Positions 9,494-17,659 of a stretch of 58,829 nucleotides of DNA are shown here, one piece after another. A model generated the notes under the pieces. That model saw only the letters and a program-made list of their open reading frames with translations, was not told the origin of the DNA and made no database searches. The stretch comes from a virus. Lineage: Duplodnaviria; Caudoviricetes. The stretch spans positions 1 through 58,829 of IMG/VR virus record IMGVR_UViG_3300026382_000018. One strand, written 5' to 3'. A program made the position numbers and the translations under genes. The stretch's first letter is position 1. The number at the start of each line of letters is the position of its first letter.

Positions 9494-10595
9494 TTATTGC
9501 CTCCTTTAAGGCATCATAAAGTTTTTGTTCTTCTTCATTAAGAACTGTTACTGGTTTTCCATACCACTTATTTTCAATTTCAATAAGATAATCATAAAAT
9601 TTTATTTTCATAAACATTGAAATTTCTGCAAAATGTTTATAAACAAGATATTTGAGAAATTCTTCTAATTCTTGATTTTCTTCAACTTTACTTTTTAGTT
9701 GTTTTTCATTTTGAAACTTGATAATTTTCCCATCAGGAAGCTCAAGACTAAACCACGAGCCACTTTTCTTGATGTATGGAGTCTGTTTTAAAAACTCGGC
9801 AAGAGTGGACCATTTATCTATACCTTTTTCACCATAGATTGTAATCATTGTTGATAAACCAGGAAGACCAAGTTTATTTTTCACAAGAGTAAGTTTTGAT
9901 TTAATACCGATAGGAGTTTCAACTCCATTTACATTTTTGACTATTTTTGCCTTTTTTTCTATCAAAATTCTAACTGAAGCGTGAAATTTAATTCCTCTTC
10001 CACCTGGAGATTCTACTTCTTGAACATATGAACCAACTTTGTCATACACTTGATTTACAAAAAGCATCACCGAATCTGACTTTCCAAGAGGGAGTGTTAT
10101 TCTTCTAAGAAGTGACCTTACAAGTCTAGCTTTTTCTGAAATTCCTCCTCCAAAAGTACCTTCTTTCTTTTCCTTCTCAGTTGAACATGCTGCAATTGTA
10201 TCCCAGACTATAAAAACTTTCTTGTTTTTTTCTTGAGCTTTTTTGAGTATGTTTTCTATGAGTTTAAAACCATCTTCAACTGTATCAACTTCTTGAATTA
10301 AAACTCTATTAAGATCAATACCAAATGCTAAAGCTCTCTGAACATCAAAAGCAGATTCACTTTCAATCCAAAGAACTACCGCATCATCTTTCCAATAGTC
10401 TAAATAAGCTTTAGCAAAATGAAGTGCTAATGTAGATTTTCCTGATGACTCTTCTCCAAAAAGTTCATATATCTTTCCTGAATGAATTCCACCTGATAAA
10501 AGAGCATCGATTGGATAAATTTTGGTTTCATAAATGATATTTGAAGAACTTGCTAGTTCTTTTATCTTATCTAATGCTGAAGTAAGCTCAAACAT
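9477..10595 (-). CDS. uvsX: RecA/UvsX-family recombinase
   Basis: ELFGEESSGKST, IESE, VWDTIAA, FVNQ, SPGGRGIKFHASVRI, KNK, GSWF. Confidence 0.93.
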   Translation of the reverse strand: MFELTSALDKIKELASSSNIIYETKIYPIDALLSGGIHSGKIYELFGEESSGKSTLALHFAKAYLDYWKDDAVVLWIESESAFDVQRALAFGIDLNRVLIQEVDTVEDGFKLIENILKKAQEKNKKVFIVWDTIAACSTEKEKKEGTFGGGISEKARLVRSLLRRITLPLGKSDSVMLFVNQVYDKVGSYVQEVESPGGRGIKFHASVRILIEKKAKIVKNVNGVETPIGIKSKLTLVKNKLGLPGLSTMITIYGEKGIDKWSTLAEFLKQTPYIKKSGSWFSLELPDGKIIKFQNEKQLKSKVEENQELEEFLKYLVYKHFAEISMFMKIKFYDYLIEIENKWYGKPVTVLNEEEQKLYDALKEAINENNS

Positions 10596-10608
10596 AACTA
10601 TTCCTCCT

Positions 10609-10884
10609 TTAGTGAATTCTATTATTAACTACTGCATCTAGAATTAATTTGTAGAAAACTATGCTATTATTTGTGATTGCTAATAAAATATCATCAATCA
10701 CTAGATAAAAGAAATCGGGAGGTAAAATTAACCTCCCTAGTTCATCTACATAAGCTTTTTCAATATTTGAAACAATCATTACTGCCATATCTTTAATACT
10801 TGTAATGTACTGACCATAACTTTTCTCAATTTTTCTTTTCTCTTCTTCAGGTAAACTTTCGTCAAGATATATAACTTTAAACAT
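10609..10884 (-). CDS. hypothetical protein
   Basis: ORF between SSB and recombinase. Confidence 0.65.
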   Translation of the reverse strand: MFKVIYLDESLPEEEKRKIEKSYGQYITSIKDMAVMIVSNIEKAYVDELGRLILPPDFFYLVIDDILLAITNNSIVFYKLILDAVVNNRIH

Positions 10885-10886
10885 TT

Positions 10887-11816
10887 CTACACTCCACTTG
10901 CTTGTCTACATTCAAGTTCATAAATGCAAATCATACATCTTGAACTTCCTTCTTTATAGTTTCCAAAACATTCAGGAGCATCATCAGGTTTATTAACCAT
11001 TTGAGTTGAGTTAGTCTTCATAGAAGACTGAACTTTATTTGCACTTTCAGTAGTTATATTTACAGCTTCATCAATCGATGAAGCAATTATTTCAGTTTTT
11101 TGAGTATCTGCATTTGGAGTATCAAGTAATCCTACTTTTCGTTTAACTTGCTCTTCAATTTTCTCTGCAATCTTAATTAACTTTTGATAGTATTCATCAT
11201 CAGGTTGTTTTACTAATGTTGTCAAATCTACACATTCGTTTGCAATTCTTTCTATTTCCTCATCAGTTCCTATAGTGCAAGGTTTTGGAATGATTTGAAA
11301 ATCAAGTTGATTATTTTCTTTTCTTGTTACTTTTACCCAAAATCCTGTTTTTGGATCAGTTATATCTCCTATCTCATTATCACCTATAGTTTGAATGAAC
11401 CAAACAAGTGCTGACTTTGGTAACGAAATAATATAAGGAGTGCCTTCTTTATACTTGTCAGAATCCTTTATTAAGACATTAAACAATCCTCTCATAGTCG
11501 CAAAATGTCTTCTTACTAAATCTTCACCAAATTTCCTTTCGAGTTCAGATAATTTTTTACAAACTGGACATTCCATATCCCAAGTCTTCAAACAGTTAAT
11601 ATGAGTTGTCCCTTCTGCATCTGAATTAGGAACTTGATAATGTTTTACAAGTTTAACAAAAGGAAGAGACATATTTCCTACTGGAGGTAAGAATCTGATT
11701 TTAAAACTTTCTCCTTTTTCGGGTAAATTTGCCCAATTGTATCTTCTATTGTTGTTTGAATTATTAAGGTTTAGAGCTTTTTTAATTTCTTCAAGGTTGT
11801 AGCTTTTGAATCCCAT
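10887..11816 (-). CDS. single-stranded DNA-binding protein (T4 gp32-like)
   Basis: IRFLPP, H...C-x6-CPVC zinc site, DITDPKTG; position upstream of recombinase. Confidence 0.82.
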   Translation of the reverse strand: MGFKSYNLEEIKKALNLNNSNNNRRYNWANLPEKGESFKIRFLPPVGNMSLPFVKLVKHYQVPNSDAEGTTHINCLKTWDMECPVCKKLSELERKFGEDLVRRHFATMRGLFNVLIKDSDKYKEGTPYIISLPKSALVWFIQTIGDNEIGDITDPKTGFWVKVTRKENNQLDFQIIPKPCTIGTDEEIERIANECVDLTTLVKQPDDEYYQKLIKIAEKIEEQVKRKVGLLDTPNADTQKTEIIASSIDEAVNITTESANKVQSSMKTNSTQMVNKPDDAPECFGNYKEGSSRCMICIYELECRQASGV

Positions 11817-11839
11817 TTTACTCCTCCTATTAGTTTTCT

Positions 11840-11888
11840 ATTTCTACTAAAAATAAACAGAAATTCTCTAAAAATTCAGGCACATTTT
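11840..11888 (-). promoter_or_regulatory. phage-specific promoter motif, copy A
   Basis: AAAATGTGCCTGAATTTT-N11-TGTTT...TTAGTAG. Confidence 0.7.
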
Positions 11889-11952
11889 TGTAAAAATTAT
11901 TGTCATAAATTTGAGAAAATGAGTATTACCTGAGTAATAATAAAATCCAATC

Positions 11953-12016
11953 AACCCCTGAATATTTTGATTTCAGTATTACTAAATATTACAAAAAATT
12001 AATTTTGTAATACTAA
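11953..12016. repeat. 64-bp dispersed element, copy 1
   Basis: 55/64 ungapped identity to 31434-31497; contains hairpin TATTACAAAA-N6-TTTTGTAATA. Confidence 0.85.
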
Positions 12017-14190
12017 GCAACTAGTTTTGTAATTACATAAGCTTTTGCACTAATTAACTTCATTTTATCTTCCCAAAAGACAAACTCATCATCTCTCAGT
12101 CGTCGTTTAAATAAACTTTCCCAATATCTTGCTTTCTCATCTACATATCTATGTATCCACCACCACAAGTTTTTAACCCATTCAATTTCTAAAACTTCTT
12201 CAAGCCACTCTTCATACCATTTCACTTTCACTTTTGCAAAAAACTCTCTTAGAATTTTTCTTAGTCTTGGAGGTAATCCTTTAAAACCAGTTTCTTTAAG
12301 TTCATTTTCATTAACTTCTTCCCACCATACAACCAACCCATTTTGAGTTCGTTTGAATTTAAATCCAAGTTTTTCCAATTCGTTTCGTAACGCTCTAAAC
12401 ACTTTTGAGCGAGATATTATGTCCGATGGAACGAACTTTTTAACCAAAACTGGAGAAGAAGGTTTTTTCATAAGCTCTTTTATAAATTCAACAACATAAC
12501 CTTCTACTTTTTCAAAATGAGAATAAATGTATCTTTCATGTAGTTTATATTTCATGACAAGGTTCCAAAACTCAGCTTTTGTAATCTTATAATCAAAATT
12601 TTTACATACCCATTGAAGAACTTTGATTAAATGAGATATATGAAGTACTGGTCTTCCATCTTGAGTATAACTCACAATATACTTATAACACCAAGGAAAA
12701 TGTCTAAGAGCATTCTCAGATTGAAAATAAAAAAATTCTGGATTATCCTCATAGAAAAAAATGTCAAAAGGTGTCTTTTCATTTGGAGAAACTGAAATTT
12801 GATAATATCTTTTAACTTTCCCATTTTCATCATAGTGTTCATAAATTTTAAAAGGAAATCCTACTTTTTCTGAAAGCTCTTGAATAAATCCAATAAGACC
12901 TTGTTGAAACCTTCTTACTTCAGATTTAAGTTTTGGATTGTGAAGTTTTTCACCTCTTACAGTAGCTATTGCCTCACTTTTTAACTCTTGTACTTTTTTA
13001 TTTGAGGAGGTTTGAGGTTCTGAGGTTGTTTTCTCGTTATTAGAAATACTGATTTGAGTTGCAAATAATTTCTTAGAAGTTAATTTTCCATGCTTCTCCT
13101 TAAAATACTTAAGTAATCTATCTCCGTCTATATAAGTTCTGATGTATAAAGGACCATCTTTTTTAACATAGTTTTTGTGTCCTTCTTCAGAAAGCTGATG
13201 TTTTTGAAGTCTATAATGAAGCTCTTTTACTTCCTCTTTTTCCATTAATTGTTTATCCTTATAAAAATCTCTTGCAAGAGCTACTTTGCAAACTTCCTCA
13301 ATTTTATATTGTGAAGAAAATATAAGTCTTGCAGGTTCATATATAGAAATATCTGCTAAACCTTTGTATTCAAGTTGCATATAAGCAAGAATTTGATCCA
13401 TTTGTTTTTTATCTTTCACTTTAACTGGAATGAAAATATGAAGTCCTTTTCCAGATTTTGAAACTTGTCTTAAGTAATAGGTTGTTCTATTAAGTAAAGT
13501 GTCTACTGGTTTTCCATTTTCAAATTCTTTTAAAACCTCATAAATATTATCTTCATCATCAATATCAATGCAAATAAGTGTTATAGAATTTTCCTCGATT
13601 CTTGCGTTCTCTTGTTTTCTGTGATTATTTTCAAAAATGTAAGGTGTATAAAATTTTCCTTTTTTCATCATAATCTTTTTAAATTCCTCAATTGTAAGTT
13701 TTTGAGAATAGGATTTATTTTTACTTAAAGTGAAATCTCCAATCCCAATTGTGAGCTTATCATCTGAAGACATAGGAGTATTAAGATAAAACCAACCAGA
13801 TGGAAAACGACTTGTAGTGTTAACTGGAAGATGAACTCCTGTTATAAAATCAGATTTACCAAATGAAAATCCGTGTAAAGTGTTTCTTTGATACCTAAGT
13901 CCAAAAGGAGTTTCAAATTCAATTACTTCAATTGTTGATTGTAAAACTTGAGATTCTAAAACTGCATTTTCTATATACCACTTTAACGCTTCTTCATTAT
14001 GTCCCACCCAAGGCATATAATATTTTTTGGCATCTTCATAACTTTTAAATGTTAAAAAATCTTTTTGAGTTCTTGTATCCTTGTATCTAGTTAAAATAAC
14101 GCCAGTAGTGGGACATTTTTCTTCTCCAAGTTTTTCATATCTTCCAACTGTCAATATTCTCTTTATTTTGTAGTCCATCTTACCCTCCAT
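12013..14190 (-). CDS. large AEP-superfamily primase-polymerase / replication protein (likely start ATG 14178)
   Basis: AEP motif I ICIDID, motif II SKSGKGLHIF, motif III DISIYEPARL; GGAGGGT RBS before ATG 14178. Confidence 0.75.
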   Translation of the reverse strand: MEGKMDYKIKRILTVGRYEKLGEEKCPTTGVILTRYKDTRTQKDFLTFKSYEDAKKYYMPWVGHNEEALKWYIENAVLESQVLQSTIEVIEFETPFGLRYQRNTLHGFSFGKSDFITGVHLPVNTTSRFPSGWFYLNTPMSSDDKLTIGIGDFTLSKNKSYSQKLTIEEFKKIMMKKGKFYTPYIFENNHRKQENARIEENSITLICIDIDDEDNIYEVLKEFENGKPVDTLLNRTTYYLRQVSKSGKGLHIFIPVKVKDKKQMDQILAYMQLEYKGLADISIYEPARLIFSSQYKIEEVCKVALARDFYKDKQLMEKEEVKELHYRLQKHQLSEEGHKNYVKKDGPLYIRTYIDGDRLLKYFKEKHGKLTSKKLFATQISISNNEKTTSEPQTSSNKKVQELKSEAIATVRGEKLHNPKLKSEVRRFQQGLIGFIQELSEKVGFPFKIYEHYDENGKVKRYYQISVSPNEKTPFDIFFYEDNPEFFYFQSENALRHFPWCYKYIVSYTQDGRPVLHISHLIKVLQWVCKNFDYKITKAEFWNLVMKYKLHERYIYSHFEKVEGYVVEFIKELMKKPSSPVLVKKFVPSDIISRSKVFRALRNELEKLGFKFKRTQNGLVVWWEEVNENELKETGFKGLPPRLRKILREFFAKVKVKWYEEWLEEVLEIEWVKNLWWWIHRYVDEKARYWESLFKRRLRDDEFVFWEDKMKLISAKAYVITKLVA

Positions 14191-14192
14191 TT

Positions 14193-15293
14193 CTACTTTG
14201 AGATGTGTTTTACAACTTCATTTACTAATTTCATTACACCTTCAAAACCTTCCACCTCTTCTTTAAGCAAAGCTTTATATATTTCCGCTACTGTTTCTGA
14301 GTTATTTCTAACTTTCTCTTCAATTTCTGAAAGTCTTTGTGAAATAAAACTATCTTGAGCATTAATCATATCAACAAGTTTCGATAATGCAATAATAAGA
14401 TTTTTTCTTTCAACTTCAGAAAGCTCAATATTTTCTAAAACTTCCAAAATGAGCTTTGCATCTTTTTTGTTTAGGTTGTATTTCTTTGCAAGTTTTTCAA
14501 GCGATAAACCTTCTATCTTATAGTCATAAAACAAAACCAAAACTGGAACAATAGTTCTAAGTTCTGAAACAGAAGGAATTCTTATTGTTTGCCCTCCTAA
14601 AGTAGCAACAAGTTTTGCCATACTTTCTAAATCAAGAACAAGAAAAAGAGGTGAAATCATAATTCCTGCTAAAGCTCTCATAAGAGAATTGTTTGATACT
14701 TTCCGTTTACTCACTCTAACAACCTCCTTGCGGGTATAGTAATAAATTTCTTTGAGAAGAGTTTTTAAAACTTTACTCCTCTTTTTGTTTTTAGTTGCAA
14801 CTCTATCAAACAAATTGAACTTACTCTCTATAGCTAAACTGATTAAAATACGAATTTCAGGTTCAGAAAGATATGAAAATAAAACTTTTATCATCTCTAT
14901 AACACTTTCAATTTCTTCATAAGCTCTTTCTTTAAATGCTTTCAAGCTATCTATCTCAACTTGCTTTTCTCTCATAGTTTCCAAAACAATTTCTTTATTT
15001 CGAGGGTCTTTATACTTCTTTCTGATTTCTGAAAGGAGATGTCTTTTTAAATAAGCACTCCAATACTTTACATGACTTAATTTTCCTTCCTTTATCTGGA
15101 GGTAAATATCCAAAGCAAGTTCTTCAGATAAAGTCTCAAAATCCAAACCTTTTACAAAAGAGAATTTTGAAAGTTGTGTGGCAAGTAAATCTTTGATTAG
15201 GTCTTTCAGAATTTTGATAAGGTCTAAATCACTTTTTCCTAAATTCTTGATTAGGTTGTTTATTATTTCGTTGTATTCATTGAACCTAACCAT
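14193..15293 (-). CDS. transcription regulator: ECF-sigma-like N-half fused to Mor/C-type activator domain
   Basis: Region-2-like ETLSEELALDIY...WSAYLKRHLLSEIRKKY and region-4-like YLSEPEIRIL; Mor-like AKLVATLGGQTIRIP plus HTH GLSLEKLAKKYNL. Confidence 0.6.
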   Translation of the reverse strand: MVRFNEYNEIINNLIKNLGKSDLDLIKILKDLIKDLLATQLSKFSFVKGLDFETLSEELALDIYLQIKEGKLSHVKYWSAYLKRHLLSEIRKKYKDPRNKEIVLETMREKQVEIDSLKAFKERAYEEIESVIEMIKVLFSYLSEPEIRILISLAIESKFNLFDRVATKNKKRSKVLKTLLKEIYYYTRKEVVRVSKRKVSNNSLMRALAGIMISPLFLVLDLESMAKLVATLGGQTIRIPSVSELRTIVPVLVLFYDYKIEGLSLEKLAKKYNLNKKDAKLILEVLENIELSEVERKNLIIALSKLVDMINAQDSFISQRLSEIEEKVRNNSETVAEIYKALLKEEVEGFEGVMKLVNEVVKHISK

Positions 15294-15301
15294 CTTTCAC
15301 C

Positions 15302-15502
15302 TCACTCAATAATTTCTGAAAGCAAAGTGTCGATATCAACATTACTTGGAATTGATACTTCAAAAAGAAAACCGTTTGGAGTTTTGTCTTTTTTGGTAAC
15401 CTTGACAAAATCAAGTTTTAGAGTTTCTCCCTTCCTTAAAGATGTTATCAAAAGTAAAATTTGAGCTAAATATTGTCTTGCTATTTTGCTTCCCTTAGAC
15501 AT
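15302..15502 (-). CDS. hypothetical 66-aa protein
   Basis: AGGAGG RBS; first gene of the leftward arm. Confidence 0.7.
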   Translation of the reverse strand: MSKGSKIARQYLAQILLLITSLRKGETLKLDFVKVTKKDKTPNGFLFEVSIPSNVDIDTLLSEIIE

Positions 15503-15524
15503 TCTGAAACCTCCTAATAAAATC

Positions 15525-15573
15525 TCTCTACTAATAGAGAGACGAAATACATCTCAAAATTCAGGCACATTTT
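15525..15573 (-). promoter_or_regulatory. phage-specific promoter motif, copy B
   Basis: AAAATGTGCCTGAATTTTGAG...CGTCT...TTAGTAG. Confidence 0.7.
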
Positions 15574-15900
15574 AACGCAATTTTTTGTTTCAATATGCGA
15601 TTTCATTTTTGACAAACATCCAAAAATTCGTAACAAAATCTACTATAACCTTTTGAATTACAATAAGTTAAATCGTAAATTTAAGTAAAAGATTGAAATT
15701 CAGTAAGTTATCATCACTTTTCTTAAAACAAAAAAGTATAATCTGCTCTATTTTGAAGTCATAGGTATTCAGATACCTTCCTAACAAAATAATCGAAATT
15801 AGAAGGTCATAAGTCATAAAACTCACTGAGTTTCAAAAATTTCTCAAATCAAAAACATTTTCTCATTCTCAACTCAATAATACTTTTCCTAATTCTTTCT

Positions 15901-16249
15901 TCCCTGCAATAATCGTTACGTATATCGTCTCGATTATATTTTTAATTTCCAAACTCCTTTCCCTGTGTATATCGTAACGTATTGAAATTCAAAGAAAACA
16001 TTCTGAAAATGGAAGAGAGATATATCAGATACATCTGATTATTTATCTGAAGAAAGATAGGAAATGAAATATTTCTCGTTTAGCTATACTTTATTTCGGT
16101 TCTCATTTATTCTCTGTATAAATCATAACGTATTGATTTGCAAGGAATACATTCTGAAAATAGATGAGTAAAAAATAAACATATATCAAATCAGATATTA
16201 CTTCATAATTCATTGAAACTCAATAAAAACATTCTGAAAATAGATGAGA
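15901..16249. repeat. interleaved degenerate direct repeats in the divergent intergenic region (candidate origin or packaging region)
   Basis: 23-bp box TCYCTG-N5-ATCRTWACGTAT at 15901/15960/16111; 38-bp box ATTGA...ACATTCTGAAAATRGAWGAG at 15981/16132/16212. Confidence 0.8.
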
Positions 16250-16352
16250 TATACACATAAGTTATGGTGAGATGAGTATATGACTTTTGACTTCAATAAA
16301 GTGAGATTTTAACCTAAGTTGAAATGCTCTAGATTTGAGATGAATTTTTTCG

Positions 16353-16398
16353 AAAATGTGTGCCTGAATTTTGAGGTGTGATTCGTTATTTATTAGTG
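16353..16398 (+). promoter_or_regulatory. phage-specific promoter motif, copy C
   Basis: AAAATGTGTGCCTGAATTTTGAG...CGTTA...TTAGTG upstream of the rightward arm. Confidence 0.7.
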
Positions 16399-16477
16399 AG
16401 AGGGGTTTGAGGTTCTGAGGTTATTATCAAGGTTTTGGATTGTGAAGATTTTAAAAAATTTAAAAGGAGGTTAAGTT

Positions 16478-17008
16478 ATGGCGAATGCTAAGATTTTAAG
16501 TTATTTGATTTATGATGGAGATGTAGTTTCTGTTGTATTTAGTAGGTATTCAGATTTGGAAAATGTTGTAAAAGTAGTTTCTGCTAATGTTAGTGATGAT
16601 GTGTTTTTAAAACTCGAAACAGATGAGGAAAGTGAAAAGAAACTTGAAAGTATAAATCTTAAAGGAGTTATTGGAATTTATACAGTTGAAACTAAAGGAA
16701 CTATTCAACTTTCTTCAGATTATAAGGTGATAGTTAACTTCAAAAACAAATTTAAAGTTGAAATTCCGTTTCAAGGAAGAAATTACTTTTTGAAAGCTTG
16801 TAATGAATTTGAAAACATCTTAAAGGAAGGAAAAACAAGATTCATTTTTTATCAAGGTAAGGATCTTCCAGCGTATTTGGATTTAACAAGTGTTAGATAT
16901 CTTAGATTTGTTAGACCAAAAAGAAAGAATCAGGACTTAGACCTTTCAGATTTGGATAAATACGAATTTGAGTTGCTTAAAAGTTTAATTGATGAGGAAG
17001 AGGTTTAA
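16478..17008 (+). CDS. hypothetical protein
   Basis: AAGGAGG RBS. Confidence 0.75.
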   Translation: MANAKILSYLIYDGDVVSVVFSRYSDLENVVKVVSANVSDDVFLKLETDEESEKKLESINLKGVIGIYTVETKGTIQLSSDYKVIVNFKNKFKVEIPFQGRNYFLKACNEFENILKEGKTRFIFYQGKDLPAYLDLTSVRYLRFVRPKRKNQDLDLSDLDKYEFELLKSLIDEEEV

Positions 17009-17009
17009 A

Positions 17010-17657
17010 ATGTCTACTTGTTTAATTGAGAATTATGTTATGACATTTAAGGATCATCCAGGTGAATATGCTATTGTTTTTTATACAAATCCACAACTTT
17101 GTAACCTCAATTGTTATAAATGTCATAATAAACTCAAATCTAAAAGTAAAAGTTTTAAGTTTATAAGTGAGAATGAGTTTAGAGATAAGCTCAGAAAAGC
17201 AAAGATGCTCGGTTCTTCCCTTGTTATTATTTGTGGAGGAGAACCAACTTTAGTTAACTTCAATGAATTAGTTAAAGTGTTGCAAATTATTAAAGAGTTT
17301 GGTTTTAAAGTTAGACTCGATAGTAATGGACAGAATTTGGAAGTTATAAAGAAATTAGTTTTAGAAAAATTAGTTGATGGTTTTGCAATTGATGTAAAAA
17401 TTCCTCTTTCAGTTTATAAAGAGCATTATTCTCTTATTTTGTTTTCGGAAGCAGGAAAGGAAGATAAAGTGAAGTTGTATCAAAAAAATTTGAAAGAAAC
17501 TTTGAGGTTTCTTTCTTGTTTCTCATTACCTTATACTTTACTTAGAACTGTTAAGTATCCATTGTTTGATAATGAAGATTTGTTTTTAATAAAACAGGAT
17601 ATTTTGAAGTTTAATCTTAAGCATTATATAAACGAATTTGTTGATTTGGAGGAATAG
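17010..17657 (+). CDS. nrdG: anaerobic RNR activating enzyme (radical SAM)
   Basis: DHPGE, CNLNCYKCHN (CxxxCxxC), GGEPT, LDSNG, AIDVK; adjacent to nrdD. Confidence 0.92.
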   Translation: MSTCLIENYVMTFKDHPGEYAIVFYTNPQLCNLNCYKCHNKLKSKSKSFKFISENEFRDKLRKAKMLGSSLVIICGGEPTLVNFNELVKVLQIIKEFGFKVRLDSNGQNLEVIKKLVLEKLVDGFAIDVKIPLSVYKEHYSLILFSEAGKEDKVKLYQKNLKETLRFLSCFSLPYTLLRTVKYPLFDNEDLFLIKQDILKFNLKHYINEFVDLEE

Positions 17658-17659
17658 GT

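Noticed and set aside
15302-15502. HU/IHF-like protein
   Set aside because: Only a faint LRKGETLKL resemblance; GFG and RNP motifs are absent
15901-16249. Mini-CRISPR array
   Set aside because: Repeats are degenerate, of two interleaved types and unevenly spaced (151 and 80 bp); no cas genes in the window
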